Assembly: GCA_043766965.1 (NCBI GenBank)
Contig: JAYUHN010000369.1
Location: 1-51,571 of the forward strand
Direction: 5' to 3'
DNA from: Ramlibacter sp.
GTDB lineage: Bacteria > Pseudomonadota > Gammaproteobacteria > Burkholderiales > Burkholderiaceae_C
Length of the DNA stretch: 51,571 nucleotides
Shown here: piece after piece, positions 1 through 10,207 of the stretch
Numbering within the stretch: the first letter of the stretch is position 1
Layout of the letters: each line of letters opens with the position of its first letter
The notes under the pieces: model-generated
What the model was told of the DNA's origin: nothing
Seen by the model: the letters and a program-made list of their open reading frames with translations, nothing else
The model's database searches: none
Program-made: the position numbers and the translations under genes

Positions 1-309
1 GCGACCGGTGTGGCAGGCAATCCCGGGCTCGTGACCCAATTGCGTGACTTTGAGCAAAATTACGTCGCTGTCGCAGTCGAGCCGGATTTCATGCACGGCT
101 TGAAAATGACCCGACTCCTCGCCCTTGTGCCACAAGCGATTGCGCGAGCGCGACCAATACACCGCCTCGCCACTGGCCACGGTTTGCGCCAAGGCTTCGC
201 GATTCATCCACGCCACCATCAGCACTTCGCCGGACACGGCGTCCTGCGCCACGGCGGGCACCAGGCCGTCGGCATTCCACGCAACGCTTTCGATCCAGTC
301 GGTCTTCAC
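1..309 (-). CDS. hisI: Phosphoribosyl-AMP cyclohydrolase (truncated by window start)
   Basis: Not in the ORF track. Manual translation from GTG at 309: [40 protein letters not shown]...[20 protein letters not shown]...[13 protein letters not shown]...IACHTGR, with HisI motifs WHKGEESG, DCDxD and CHTG. Start overlaps the hisF stop (GTGA). Confidence 0.95.
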   Translation of the reverse strand, partial: MKTDWIESVAWNADGLVPAVAQDAVSGEVLMVAWMNREALAQTVASGEAVYWSRSRNRLWHKGEESGHFQAVHEIRLDCDSDVILLKVTQLGHEPGIACHTGR

Positions 310-1067
310 AGTCGCATCTCGATTCCGCGTGCGGCGAGGAAACGCTTCGCCGCGAGGATGGTGATCTCGCCGAAATGAAACACCGAGGCGGCCAGCACAG
401 CGTCGGCGCGGCCTTCCTCGATGCCGAGCGCCAGGTGCTAGAGCGATCCCACGCCACCGCTCGCGATCACCGGCACCGTCACCGCTTCCGACACCGCGCG
501 CGTGAGCTCGAGGTCGAAGCCGCTCCTGGTGCCGTCGCGATCCATGCTGGTGAGGAGGATTTCTCCCGCGCCGCGCCGCGCCATTTCGCGCGCCCATTCT
601 ACGACATCGAGCCCGCGCGCCTTGCGCCCGCCGTGGGTGTAGACCTCCCACTTCCCGGGCCCGGCGCCACGTGCGTCGATGGCCACCACGATCGCCTGCG
701 AGCCGAAGCGCGCGGCGGCCCGCGAGACGAGGTCCGGGTCCTCCACCGCGGAAGTGTTGATGCTCACCTTGTCGGCGCCGGCGTTGAGAAGCTTCCTCAC
801 GTCCTCGACGGCGCGCACGCCCCCGCCTACGGTGAGCGGGATGAAGACCTGGTCGGCGACACGCTCGATCACATCGACGATCGTGTTGCGCGCGTCACTG
901 GAGGCGGTGATGTCGAGGAATGTGATCTCGTCGGCGCCGGCGGCGTCGTAGGTGCGCGCGATCTCGACCGGATCGCCCGCGTCGCGCAGCTCGACGAACT
1001 TCACGCCCTTCACCACGCGGCCGGCATGGACGTCGAGGCAGGGGATGATGCGCTTGGCGAGTCCCAC
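306..1067 (-). pseudogene. hisF: Imidazole glycerol phosphate synthase cyclase subunit HisF, interrupted by a single in-frame TAG at 438-440 (real nonsense mutation or sequencing error)
   Basis: [13 protein letters not shown]...[54 protein letters not shown]. The frame continues past the TAG with the conserved [13 protein letters not shown] motif to TGA at 306-308. Likely start is GTG at 1067. Confidence 0.9.
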
Positions 1068-1194
1068 GCTGTTCAAGCCCGTGTCTTCGGGCTGCAAATC
1101 GTAAACGCGGCGCGCATCGCCGTTTTTTTTGGCGGATCAATCAACAGCGCGGAGATGGTGAGAGAAGGCATTCCCTCACGAACGAGGTCGTCGT

Positions 1195-1354
1195 TGCCGC
1201 GCAATCCGGGGGGCCATTGGGTAAAGGTCGAGAGGGCGCGAGGTGATTGGTCGAAACCGCGCCGACCAAATGGACGCCTTCTCCCCGCCGCTTCCTGAAG
1301 AGTCACTCCGCCCGGCTCGCACCTTTACCCAATGGCCTCCCGGATTGCGCGGCA
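1195..1354. repeat. Long inverted-repeat element (34-bp arms, 33/34 identical, 92-bp spacer with an internal hairpin); REPIN/MITE-like
   Basis: 1195-1228 TGCCGCGCAATCCGGGGGGCCATTGGGTAAAGGT versus reverse complement of 1321-1354 TGCCGCGCAATCCGGGAGGCCATTGGGTAAAGGT. Internal hairpin TTGGTCG-N9-CGACCAA at 1247-1269. Confidence 0.85.
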
Positions 1355-1379
1355 GGAGAAACCCGGGGAAGAAGACCAC

Positions 1380-2117
1380 TCAACTCTCGCCGTCGGCGAG
1401 CTTCATGGCCGCGGCGAAATCGAGCTTGCCCTCGTAGATGGCGCGCCCGGCGATGCAGCCGGTGATGCCCTCGGCTTCGACCGCCATCAGCGCCGCCACG
1501 TCTTCGAGGCTATTCAGCCCGCCGCTCGCGATCACGGGCACGGAGAGCGCCTGCGCGAGGCGCACGGTGGCCTCGATGTTGACGCCCGTCATCATGCCGT
1601 CGCGGCCGATATCGGTGTAGATCACCGCCTCGACGCCGTAGTCCTGGAAGCGCTTGGCGAGATCCACCACGTCGTGGCCGGTCAACTTGGACCAGCCGTC
1701 GGTGGCGACCTTGCCGTCCTTCGCGTCGAGGCCCACGATGATGTGGCCGCCGAACGCGCTGCAGGCGTCCTTGAGGAAGCCGGGGTTCTTGACCGCCGCA
1801 GTTCCGATGATGACGTACCTCAGGCCGCCATCGATGTATTTCTCGATGGTGTCGAGGTCGCGGATGCCGCCCCCCAGCTGCACCGGGATATCTTCTCCCA
1901 CGGCTTTCAGGATCGAGCGGATGGCGATGAAGTTCTGCGGCTTGCCCGCGAAGGCTCCGTTCAGGTCCACCAAATGCAGCCGGCGCGCTCCCTTGCCCAG
2001 CCAGTTGCGCGCCATCGCCGCCGGGTCCTCGCTGAAGATGGTGGCCTGATCCATGTCGCCCTGCTTGAGGCGCACACAGTGACCGTCTTTCAGGTCGATC
2101 GCGGGGATGAGAAGCAT
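1380..2117 (-). CDS. hisA: ProFAR isomerase HisA
   Basis: [52 protein letters not shown] and GRAIYEG motifs. Confidence 0.97.
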   Translation of the reverse strand: MLLIPAIDLKDGHCVRLKQGDMDQATIFSEDPAAMARNWLGKGARRLHLVDLNGAFAGKPQNFIAIRSILKAVGEDIPVQLGGGIRDLDTIEKYIDGGLRYVIIGTAAVKNPGFLKDACSAFGGHIIVGLDAKDGKVATDGWSKLTGHDVVDLAKRFQDYGVEAVIYTDIGRDGMMTGVNIEATVRLAQALSVPVIASGGLNSLEDVAALMAVEAEGITGCIAGRAIYEGKLDFAAAMKLADGES

Positions 2118-2194
2118 CTTGGAAAGCGAGCGGCGGCCGGATCAGCCCGGGACTGGGCCGGGGTCACTGGTCGTGGCGGGACGAACGGGGCGGG

Positions 2195-2851
2195 TCAGGG
2201 ATTCCAGTGCAGGAAGTTTCGGTACAGGGCCAGGCCGTGATCTGCGCTTTTCTCGGGATGGAACTGAGTGGCAAAAATATTATCGCGCGCAATGGCCGCG
2301 GTAAAGCGTGCGCCATAATCCGCTTCCCCCACGCTGTGGCGCGCATCCGACGTTCGGGCATAGAAGCTGTGGACGAAATAGTAGTAGCTGCCTTCCGGAA
2401 TGCCGTTCCAGAGCGCGTGCCGCCCCATCCCGGCCCCTGTCTGCCAGACCTGGTTCCAACCCATCTGGGGTACTTTGAAGCGGCTGCCATCGGGCTGCAG
2501 GCGGCCGGCGAGCTCGAACCTGACGACGTCACCGTGGATCAGGCCGAGCCCGGGCGTCGGACCTTCGTCGCTGCGGTCCAGCAGCATCTGCATCCCGACG
2601 CAGACACCGAACAGGGGCTTGCTGGCCGCCGCCTCCAGTACCGGCTGCAACAGGCCCGATTCGCGCAGTTCGCGCATGCAGTCTGGCATGGCGCCCTGTC
2701 CCGGCAGCACCACGCGCTCGGCTCGCCGCACGTCATCGGGTCGGGCGGTCACCAAAACCTCGAACCCGCTGCCCTGGGCGACGTGTTGCACCGCCTGCGA
2801 GACCGAACGCAGGTTGCCCATGCCGTAATCGACCACCGCCACTGTTTTCAT
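2195..2851 (-). CDS. hisH: Imidazole glycerol phosphate synthase glutaminase subunit HisH
   Basis: True start [17 protein letters not shown] at 2851 (the track ORF is over-extended). LPGQG, GVCVGMQ, YFVHSFY and QFHPEKS motifs. Confidence 0.96.
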   Translation of the reverse strand: MKTVAVVDYGMGNLRSVSQAVQHVAQGSGFEVLVTARPDDVRRAERVVLPGQGAMPDCMRELRESGLLQPVLEAAASKPLFGVCVGMQMLLDRSDEGPTPGLGLIHGDVVRFELAGRLQPDGSRFKVPQMGWNQVWQTGAGMGRHALWNGIPEGSYYYFVHSFYARTSDARHSVGEADYGARFTAAIARDNIFATQFHPEKSADHGLALYRNFLHWNP

Positions 2852-2865
2852 CGCCCTGGTCCGGC

Positions 2866-3492
2866 TTACAGCGACCCCTTGGTGCTGGGAATCGTGCCTG
2901 CCGTGCGCGGGTCCAGCTCCAGCGCCGCCCGAAGCGCCCTGGCAAAAGCCTTGAACACCGTCTCGCACTGGTGGTGCGCGTTTTCGCCGCGCAGGTTGTC
3001 GATGTGCAAGGTGACGAACGCGTGGTTGGCGAACCCCTGGAAAAACTCGTGCGTCAGCTGGCTGTCGAAAGTGCCGATCATCCCGCTCTTGAACGGAACG
3101 TTCATCACCAGACCGGGACGGCCGGAGAAGTCGATCACGACCCGTGACAGGGCCTCGTCCAGCGGCACGTAGGCATGGCCATAGCGCCGGATGCCCTTCT
3201 TGTCGCCGACCGCCTGGTAGACCGCCTGACCCAGCGTGATGCCCACGTCTTCGACGGTGTGGTGTCCGTCGATGTGCAGGTCGCCTGCGGCCCGGATCTC
3301 GAGATCGATCAGCCCGTGGCGCGCGATCTGGTCCAGCATGTGGTCGAAAAAGCCGATGCCGGTGCCAAGACTGGCCTTGCCGGTGCCATCCAGGTCGACC
3401 CGGACCGTGATCTTCGTTTCGGCGGTGGTGCGCACGACCTCCGCCTGGCGGGCGTTGTTCGCGATACGTTCGGTGGTGCCTGGTGCGGTCAT
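2866..3492 (-). CDS. hisB: Imidazoleglycerol-phosphate dehydratase
   Basis: [32 protein letters not shown] and PSTKGSL motifs. Confidence 0.97.
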   Translation of the reverse strand: MTAPGTTERIANNARQAEVVRTTAETKITVRVDLDGTGKASLGTGIGFFDHMLDQIARHGLIDLEIRAAGDLHIDGHHTVEDVGITLGQAVYQAVGDKKGIRRYGHAYVPLDEALSRVVIDFSGRPGLVMNVPFKSGMIGTFDSQLTHEFFQGFANHAFVTLHIDNLRGENAHHQCETVFKAFARALRAALELDPRTAGTIPSTKGSL

Positions 3493-4568
3493 AGGGAGGC
3501 CTTGAGCGCCGACAGCAGCTGCGTGTTCTCGCCTTCGGTTCCGACGGTGAGACGCAGGCAGTTCGCCAGCAATGGATGCATTCTAGAAACGTTCTTGACC
3601 AGGACGCCATGGGCCTTCAGCCCGTCGAAGCTGCGCTGGGCGTCGGGAAAGCGGGCCAGGATCATGTTGGCATCGCTGCGCCAGGCCGTCACCCCTGGCA
3701 ACACGGCCAGGGCCTGCTGGATCCGTTCACGCTGGCCGCGCAATTCCCTGGCCTGGGCTGCGAATACCTGTTCGTGCTCGAGCGCGAACAGCGCGGCCTC
3801 GCAGTTGAGGACGCTGATGTTGTAAGGCGGGCGGACCTTGTCGAATTCAGCCACCAGCGCCTTGGGGCCGATCAGGTAGCCGATGCGCACGCCGGCCAGC
3901 CCGAACTTGCTGAGTGTCCGCATCAGCAGCACATGGCTGTGTCTCCGTACCCGGTCGATGTAGCTGCGGCTCGAGAACGGCTGGTAGGCCTCGTCGATCA
4001 CGACCAGGCCGGGCGCGGCCTCGATGATCTTTTCAATGACGGCGTCGTCCCAAAGGTTGGCCGTCGGATTGTTGGGATAGGCCAGGTACACGATGGAAGG
4101 CCGGTGCTGCTCGATCGCACCCAGCATCGTCTTTTCGTCCAGTTCGAAGTCTGCAGTCAGGTCCACGCCGATGAACTTCAGCCCCTGGAGTTGCGCGCTC
4201 ATCCCGTACATCACGAACCCGGGCAATGGCGCGAGGATCGACGCGCCGGGCAGGTCGCAAGCCAGGGCGATCAGCGAGATCAATTCATCGGACCCGTTGC
4301 CCAGCATGATGTCGAAACCATCGGGCATGCCGGCATAAGCCGCGAGCGCGTGTCGCAGCGCGTCCACTTGCCCGGCCGGATAGCGGTTCAGCGGCAGCGC
4401 TCCGAGCCGGCGTCCAAGCTGCGCCTGCAACTCCGGCGGCAGGCGGTGCGGATTTTCCATCGCATCGAGCTTAACCAGACCTTCCGACGACTGGATGGCG
4501 TACGCGTGCATCGACTGGATGTCCTGCCGGATGCGTCGCTTCAGGTCACGGGGCGGCGCAGCGGTCAT
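3489..4568 (-). CDS. hisC: Histidinol-phosphate aminotransferase
   Basis: [23 protein letters not shown] and [15 protein letters not shown]; position in the his operon. Confidence 0.96.
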   Translation of the reverse strand: MTAAPPRDLKRRIRQDIQSMHAYAIQSSEGLVKLDAMENPHRLPPELQAQLGRRLGALPLNRYPAGQVDALRHALAAYAGMPDGFDIMLGNGSDELISLIALACDLPGASILAPLPGFVMYGMSAQLQGLKFIGVDLTADFELDEKTMLGAIEQHRPSIVYLAYPNNPTANLWDDAVIEKIIEAAPGLVVIDEAYQPFSSRSYIDRVRRHSHVLLMRTLSKFGLAGVRIGYLIGPKALVAEFDKVRPPYNISVLNCEAALFALEHEQVFAAQARELRGQRERIQQALAVLPGVTAWRSDANMILARFPDAQRSFDGLKAHGVLVKNVSRMHPLLANCLRLTVGTEGENTQLLSALKASL

Positions 4569-5905
4569 TTGCGGAACCTCATTTCGGCGGCCCTGGCATG
4601 CGCCTGGAGGCCCTCTCCGTACGCGAGCTCCGCCGCGATCACGCCGAGCTTGTGGGCGCCTGCCTGGCTCACTTCGATCACGCTGCTGCGTTTCTGGAAG
4701 TCATAGACACCCAGTGGGCTGGAAAAGCGTGCCGTGCCGCTGGTGGGCAACACGTGATTGGGGCCGGCGCAGTAGTCGCCGAGCGACTCGCTGGTGAATG
4801 CGCCAAGGAAGATCGCGCCGGCATGCCGAAGCAGCGGCTCCCAGCGGTGCGGCTCGGTGCTGGCGACCTCGAGATGCTCCGGCGCAATGCGGTTGCTGAT
4901 GTCGCACGCTTCTTCCATGCTGCGGGTATGGATCAGGGCGCCGCGTCCGTTGAGGGATTTCGCGATGATGTCCGCGCGCGGCATCTGCGGCAGCAAGCGG
5001 TCGATCTCGGCCTGCACGCGGTCGATATAGCTGGCATCGGGGCATAGCAGGATGCTTTGCGCCAGCTCGTCGTGTTCCGCCTGGCTGAACAGGTCCATCG
5101 CGACCCAGTCCGGCGGCGTGGTGCCGTCAGCCAGCACCAGGATTTCGCTGGGACCCGCGATCATGTCGATGCCCACTGCCCCGAAAACCCGCCGCTTGGC
5201 GCTGGCCACATACGCATTGCCGGGACCGGTGATCTTGTCGACCTTGGGAATGGTGGACGTCCCGAAAGCCAGGGCCGCAACCGCCTGGGCGCCGCCGATC
5301 GTGAAAGCGCGCGTTACGCCGGCAACGTGCGCGGCGGCCAGCACCAGTGCGTTCTTCTCGCCTTTCGGCGTCGGCACCACCATGATGATTTCGGCGACGC
5401 CGGCGACGTGCGCCGGAATCGCGTTCATCAGGACCGACGAGGGATAGGCAGCCTTGCCGCCGGGGACGTAGATGCCGACGCGATCGATCGGCGTGACCTT
5501 CTGCCCCAGCAAGGTGCCGTCCTCATCCCGATAGCTCCAGCTTTCGCCATTGGCCTTTTTCTGGGCCTCGTGGTAGCTGCGGACGCGCCGCGCCGCTGCC
5601 TGCAGCGCATTGCGCTGTGCCGCCGGCAAGCCGTCGAACGCGGACTTCAGCTCTGCCTGCGTGAGCTCCAGCGCAGCAATGGACGCGGCATTGAGACCGT
5701 CGAAGCGGTTGCTGTACTCAAGGACCGCCGCGTCGCCCCGTTGCTGGACATCAGCCAGGATCTGGCTCACGCGCTGCTCGACCTCCGCGTCGGTCTCGGC
5801 GGACCAATGCAGACGGGCACGCAGGTCCGCGTCGAAGGACGCATCAGCGGTGTGCAGGCGAAGGGGAGCGGCGATCGGCGTCTTGGTCGTCGTCATCGTC
5901 GTCAC
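4565..5905 (-). CDS. hisD: Histidinol dehydrogenase
   Basis: [39 protein letters not shown] and GPNHVLPT. Start could be the ATG at 5896. Confidence 0.97.
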   Translation of the reverse strand: MTTMTTTKTPIAAPLRLHTADASFDADLRARLHWSAETDAEVEQRVSQILADVQQRGDAAVLEYSNRFDGLNAASIAALELTQAELKSAFDGLPAAQRNALQAAARRVRSYHEAQKKANGESWSYRDEDGTLLGQKVTPIDRVGIYVPGGKAAYPSSVLMNAIPAHVAGVAEIIMVVPTPKGEKNALVLAAAHVAGVTRAFTIGGAQAVAALAFGTSTIPKVDKITGPGNAYVASAKRRVFGAVGIDMIAGPSEILVLADGTTPPDWVAMDLFSQAEHDELAQSILLCPDASYIDRVQAEIDRLLPQMPRADIIAKSLNGRGALIHTRSMEEACDISNRIAPEHLEVASTEPHRWEPLLRHAGAIFLGAFTSESLGDYCAGPNHVLPTSGTARFSSPLGVYDFQKRSSVIEVSQAGAHKLGVIAAELAYGEGLQAHARAAEMRFRK

Positions 5906-6540
5906 GCGGACACCGCTTGTTCGAAGGCATCGATGATGCGGCGGATCTCGCCATGTTTAAGCTTGAGCGCGGCCTGGTTCACCACAAGGCGGGCGCTGAT
6001 GTCCATGATCCGTTCGATCTCCAGCAGGTTGTTGGCCTTGAGGGTTCCGCCGGTGGACACGAGGTCGACGATGGCATCCGCAAGGCCGGTGAGCGGCGCC
6101 AGCTCCATGCTCCCATAAAGCTTGATGAGGTCGACGTGCACCCCCTTTTCCGCGAAAAACTCGCGGGCGATCGAAACATATTTGGTCGCGACACGAAGCC
6201 GGGAGCCTTGGCGCACCGCGGACTCGTAGTCGAAGTCGCGGCGTACCGCGACGCTGATCCGGCACCTTGCGATCTTCAGGTCGAGCGGCTGGTAGAGCCC
6301 CTGGCTGCCGTGCTCGATCAACGTGTCCAGGCCCGCCACACCCAGGTCGGCGCCGCCGTACTGGACGTAGGTGGGCACATCGCTGGCGCGCACCAGCACC
6401 ACGCGCACCAGCGGATCGCGCGTCGCCAGGATCAGCTTGCGCGACTGCTCGGGATCGTCCAGCACTTCGATGCCGGCAGCCCGCAGCAGCGGCAGGCTGT
6501 CGTCGAAGATGCGTCCCTTGGAAAGCGCGAGCGTGATCAT
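5902..6540 (-). CDS. hisG: ATP phosphoribosyltransferase, short form (HisZ-dependent)
   Basis: [15 protein letters not shown] and [28 protein letters not shown]. At 212 aa it lacks the C-terminal regulatory domain. Confidence 0.97.
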   Translation of the reverse strand: MITLALSKGRIFDDSLPLLRAAGIEVLDDPEQSRKLILATRDPLVRVVLVRASDVPTYVQYGGADLGVAGLDTLIEHGSQGLYQPLDLKIARCRISVAVRRDFDYESAVRQGSRLRVATKYVSIAREFFAEKGVHVDLIKLYGSMELAPLTGLADAIVDLVSTGGTLKANNLLEIERIMDISARLVVNQAALKLKHGEIRRIIDAFEQAVSA

Positions 6541-6543
6541 GGT

Positions 6544-6615
6544 GCCTGCCGCCGAGCCGCCTCAAGGCAGGCGAGCGCCCCCTCGGGGGGCAGCGAACTG
6601 AAAGGAGCGTGGGGG
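6544..6615. repeat. REP-like intergenic palindromic element
   Basis: Hairpins GCCTGCC...GGCAGGC (6544-6572) and GCCCCC-TCG-GGGGGC (6577-6591), followed by AGCGAA...GAGCGTGGGGG. Resembles a dispersed repeat I recall from Comamonadaceae; single copy in this window. Confidence 0.6.
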
Positions 6616-6624
6616 CCCATGGCT

Positions 6625-7893
6625 TTAAGTCTTGACCCGTTCGATGTCCGCGCCGATGCCGCGCAGCTTGGCTTCCATCTGGTCGTAACCGCGGTCCAGG
6701 TGGTAGATGCGGTCGATGATGGTTTCACCGTCCGCAACCAGCCCCGCGATCACCAGGCTGGCCGAAGCGCGCAGGTCGGTGGCCATCACCACGGCACCGG
6801 ACAGTCTTTCGACACCTTCGATCACGGCGAACTTGCCGTCGACGTGGATCCTGGCGCCCAGCCGCACCAGCTCGTTCACGTGCATGAAACGGTTCTCGAA
6901 AATCGTTTCCGTCACCTTCGAAGGTCCTTCGGCAACGGCATTCAGCGTCATGAACTGAGCCTGCATGTCGGTCGGGAACCCCGGGTACTCGGTGGTGCGG
7001 AAGCTTTGCGCCACCAGCCTGCCATGCGAATGCACGTGGATTCCGTCATTCACCGGCGCCACGTTCGCCCCGGCTTCGCGCAGCTTGTCGATCACGGCCT
7101 CGAGGTGGTCCGCGCGCCCGTGGCGCAGCACCACGTCGCCGCCGGTGGCAGCGACGGCGCAAAGGAAAGTACCGGCCTCGATCCGGTCCGCCACCACGCG
7201 GTGGGTGCAGCCGTGCAGCCGGCCGACGCCCTGGATCCGGATCCGGCTGGTGCCATGGCCATCGATCCTCGCCCCCATCGCAATCAGCATTTCCGCAAGG
7301 TCGGCGATCTCCGGCTCCTGCGCAGCGTTTTCGAGGATGGTTTCGCCTTCCGCAAGCGTCGCCGCCATCAGGAAGTTTTCGGTGCCGGTGACCGTGACCA
7401 TGTCGGTGCGGATGTTGGCTCCCCGCAGGCGTTCCCGACCCTTGGGCAGCTTGGCGATGATGTAGCCGTGTTCGACGACGATGTCGGCGCCCATCTGCTG
7501 CATCCCCTTGATGTGCTGGTCGACCGGCCTGGAACCGATGGCACAGCCGCCCGGCAGCGAGACGGTGGCGTCCCCGAACCGCGCGAGCAATGGACCGAGC
7601 GCGAGCACCGATGCCCGCATGGTCTTCACCAGTTCGTAGGGCGCTTCGGGGGAGCTCAAATTGCTCGAATCGATCCGCACGCTGCCATCGCCGGACCGCT
7701 CGATGGCGACGCCCATGTTTCGCAGCAGGTGCAGCATCGTCGCCACGTCCTGCAGTCGGGGCACGTTGACCAGCGTGACCGGGTCGCTTGTCAGGAGGGC
7801 CGCGCAGAGCTCCGGCAAAGCCGCATTCTTGGCGCCGGATATCCGGACTTCGCCGTGGAGCTGGCGCCCCCCCCGAATCAGCAGTTTGTCCAT
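6625..7893 (-). CDS. murA: UDP-N-acetylglucosamine 1-carboxyvinyltransferase
   Basis: [39 protein letters not shown] and DLRASASL. Confidence 0.98.
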   Translation of the reverse strand: MDKLLIRGGRQLHGEVRISGAKNAALPELCAALLTSDPVTLVNVPRLQDVATMLHLLRNMGVAIERSGDGSVRIDSSNLSSPEAPYELVKTMRASVLALGPLLARFGDATVSLPGGCAIGSRPVDQHIKGMQQMGADIVVEHGYIIAKLPKGRERLRGANIRTDMVTVTGTENFLMAATLAEGETILENAAQEPEIADLAEMLIAMGARIDGHGTSRIRIQGVGRLHGCTHRVVADRIEAGTFLCAVAATGGDVVLRHGRADHLEAVIDKLREAGANVAPVNDGIHVHSHGRLVAQSFRTTEYPGFPTDMQAQFMTLNAVAEGPSKVTETIFENRFMHVNELVRLGARIHVDGKFAVIEGVERLSGAVVMATDLRASASLVIAGLVADGETIIDRIYHLDRGYDQMEAKLRGIGADIERVKT

Positions 7894-7900
7894 CGAAAAT

Positions 7901-8149
7901 TCAGCTTGGTGTGGATGACGCGGCCCATTCGGCCGGGGTCAGGGTCTTCATCGACAAGGCGTGGACCTCGTCCGTCTGCATTCTCGCACCCAGGGTGGCG
8001 TAGACCCGCTGATGACGCTGGATCAGGCGCTTGCCCTCGAATTCGGTCGAAACGATGACAGCGGACCAATGTCGGCCGTCACCATCCACCTCCAGGTGAG
8101 TGCAGGGCAGGCCGGCGCCGATCAGGGACTGGAGCTCATTGGCATTCAT
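7901..8149 (-). CDS. BolA/IbaG family protein
   Basis: GDGRHW...[14 protein letters not shown]...EVHALSMKT; canonical position upstream of murA. Confidence 0.93.
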   Translation of the reverse strand: MNANELQSLIGAGLPCTHLEVDGDGRHWSAVIVSTEFEGKRLIQRHQRVYATLGARMQTDEVHALSMKTLTPAEWAASSTPS

Positions 8150-8164
8150 GTCGGTCTTTCGGGT

Positions 8165-8920
8165 TCATCCGCGGATTTTGTAGCCGATACGCAGCAGGTT
8201 CACCGCGATCGCGCTCACCACCAGCAAGGCCGAGCCGACGATGCCCAGGCTCAGCCACGGTGACACGTCGCTCACGCCGAAGAATCCGTAGCGGAAGCCG
8301 TCGATCATGTAGAAGAATGGATTCAGGTGGCTCACGGTTTGCCAGAAGGCCGGCAGCGAGTGGATGGAATAAAAAACGCCGGACAAGAAAGTCATCGGCA
8401 TCACCACGAAATTCTGGAATGCCGCCATCTGGTCGAACTTCTCTGCCCACAAGCCCGCGATGATGCCCAGCGCGCCGAGCATGCTGGCGCCCATCAGCGC
8501 GAACACGGCAATCCACAGGGGCGCGGCGAAATCGGGCCGCGCGAAGAAGGAAGTAACGGCAAACACGCCCAGGCCTACTGCCAGCCCCCGGACCACCGAA
8601 GAGCCGACGTAAGCGCAGAACCAGCTCCAGTGTGACAGTGGCGTCAGCAACACAAAAACCAGGCTGCCCATGATCTTGCTCTGGATCAACGAAGACGAGC
8701 TGTTGGCGAACGCGTTCTGCAAAACACTCATCATCACGAGGCCGGGAATCAGGAAGGCCGTGTATTCCACCCGGTCGTAGACCTTGACATGGTTCTGCAG
8801 CACGTGGCCGAAGATCAGCAGGTAGAGCACTGCGGTCAACACCGGCGCTCCCATGGTCTGGAATCCCACCTTCCAGAATCTCAGCACTTCTTTGTACAGC
8901 AGCGTGCGCCAGCCCGTCAT
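8165..8920 (-). CDS. ABC-2 type transporter permease (YadH-like)
   Basis: TLLYKEVLRFWKV, FLSGVFYSI and HLNPFFYMIDGFRYGF; hydrophobic, 251 aa. Confidence 0.92.
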   Translation of the reverse strand: MTGWRTLLYKEVLRFWKVGFQTMGAPVLTAVLYLLIFGHVLQNHVKVYDRVEYTAFLIPGLVMMSVLQNAFANSSSSLIQSKIMGSLVFVLLTPLSHWSWFCAYVGSSVVRGLAVGLGVFAVTSFFARPDFAAPLWIAVFALMGASMLGALGIIAGLWAEKFDQMAAFQNFVVMPMTFLSGVFYSIHSLPAFWQTVSHLNPFFYMIDGFRYGFFGVSDVSPWLSLGIVGSALLVVSAIAVNLLRIGYKIRG

Positions 8921-9873
8921 GGAACCAGCGCGTCGGTCACCGGCGCCGCGACCAACCGGTCCCTGGGCACATGGCCCGCCGACATGACATCGAGGAACAC
9001 ATCCTCGAGATCGGCCTTGCGGATTTCAACATCCTCGACCCGCAAGCCGGCGCGGCGGATGATCGCCAGGTGACTCTCGATCTCGTGCGCGTCGTGCACG
9101 GGCAGCTGCACGATGCGTCCGGTCACGCGCGCCTTGCCGTCGAACTCCGGCGGCAGGGCGCTGTCGATCTTGAAACGCAACACGTTGCTCGACGCCGATT
9201 TCAGCAGCTCGCTGGTGCTCTCCAGGGCCACGACCCGTCCCGTCTTGAGCATCGCGATCCGGCTGCACAGCGCCTCGGCTTCTTCCAGATAGTGGGTGGT
9301 GAGCAGCACCGTGTGGCCCTTCTTGTTCAAGCCAGCGATGAACTGCCACAACGTCTGTCGCAGTTCGACGTCGACGCCCGCCGTCGGCTCGTCCAGCACG
9401 ATGACCGGCGGCTTGTGCACCAGGGCCTGCGCGACCAGGACCCGCCGTTTCATGCCACCGGAGAGCTGACGCATGTTGGACGACGCCTTGTCGGCCAAGC
9501 CCAGGCTTTCGAGCAGTTCGTCGATCCAGCCGTCGTTGTTGCGCACGCCGAAGTATCCGGACTGGATGCGAAGCGCTTCGCGCACCGTGAAGAACGGGTC
9601 GAACACCAGTTCCTGCGGCACGACACCGAGCTTGCGGCGCGCTTCGCCATAGTTGGATTGCACGTCGCTTCCGAGGACCATTGCCTTGCCCGACGTCGGC
9701 CGCGCCAATCCGGCGAGGATGCTGATCAGGGTGGTCTTGCCTGCCCCATTGGGACCGAGCAGCCCGAAGAACTCGCCCTGCTGGATGTCGAAGCTGACAC
9801 CATCCAGCGCTTTCAGCGGCCCGCGTGTCGAAGCAAAGGTCTTGGAAACGGATTGGAACGAGATTGCGGGCAT
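8917..9873 (-). CDS. ABC transporter ATP-binding protein (YadG-like)
   Basis: Start MPAISFQSV at 9873. Walker A GPNGAGKTT, signature LSGGMKRR, Walker B VIVLDEPT. TAAAAT about 10 nt upstream. Confidence 0.93.
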   Translation of the reverse strand: MPAISFQSVSKTFASTRGPLKALDGVSFDIQQGEFFGLLGPNGAGKTTLISILAGLARPTSGKAMVLGSDVQSNYGEARRKLGVVPQELVFDPFFTVREALRIQSGYFGVRNNDGWIDELLESLGLADKASSNMRQLSGGMKRRVLVAQALVHKPPVIVLDEPTAGVDVELRQTLWQFIAGLNKKGHTVLLTTHYLEEAEALCSRIAMLKTGRVVALESTSELLKSASSNVLRFKIDSALPPEFDGKARVTGRIVQLPVHDAHEIESHLAIIRRAGLRVEDVEIRKADLEDVFLDVMSAGHVPRDRLVAAPVTDALVP

Positions 9874-9926
9874 GAGCCCGTTGATTTTAGCTGCGGCTAT
9901 CCGACGCGCCTGACGGCATGGGCTTG

Positions 9927-10199
9927 TCAGGGCGCCGCAGGCAGCAGCTCGCCGACGCCGTAAAGGCCGGCCAGGACCCGCAGTCGAGGCGGCAGCGCCC
10001 TGACCGAAAAGCTCTTGCCCAAAGCGAGCGCCTCGCGCCGGCACTCGAGCAGCACGGCAAGCGCAGACGAATCGAAACGCGTCAGTGACGAGGCGTCCGC
10101 AACCACCGCTACCGCCGGATCGCTGCGCAGCCCCTGTTCGAGCATGCGGCAGCACGCTGCAGCACGCTCGTGGGTGAGTTCAGCCGGTAGCACAAGCAT
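9927..10199 (-). CDS. mlaB: STAS-domain protein MlaB
   Basis: MLVLPAELTH...DASSLTRFDSSALAVLL...LAGLYGV, 90 aa, last gene of the mla operon. Confidence 0.85.
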   Translation of the reverse strand: MLVLPAELTHERAAACCRMLEQGLRSDPAVAVVADASSLTRFDSSALAVLLECRREALALGKSFSVRALPPRLRVLAGLYGVGELLPAAP

Positions 10200-10207
10200 T
10201 CGCGCGC

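Noticed and set aside
438-440. Pyrrolysine or genome-wide TAG recoding
   Set aside because: Other genes in the window (mlaC, aroB, mrcA) terminate at TAG at expected positions, and no pyl genes are visible.
2195-3610. Apparent long N-terminal extensions or fusions in the ORF track (hisH 471 aa, pilQ 858 aa, methyltransferase 461 aa, lysA 518 aa)
   Set aside because: The extensions overlap upstream genes in another frame; each gene has a plausible internal start, often with ATGA/GTGA coupling.
5884-5905. ACG-rich run at the hisD start (MTTMTTTKT) as an attenuator leader
   Set aside because: These are Thr codons rather than His codons, in frame with hisD, and there is no terminator structure.
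5917-8058. Long plus-strand ORFs antisense to real genes (713 aa here; also 42325-44484, 15560-17116 and others)
   Set aside because: These are shadow ORFs of high-GC coding sequence with no recognisable motifs, fully overlapping confident genes on the opposite strand.
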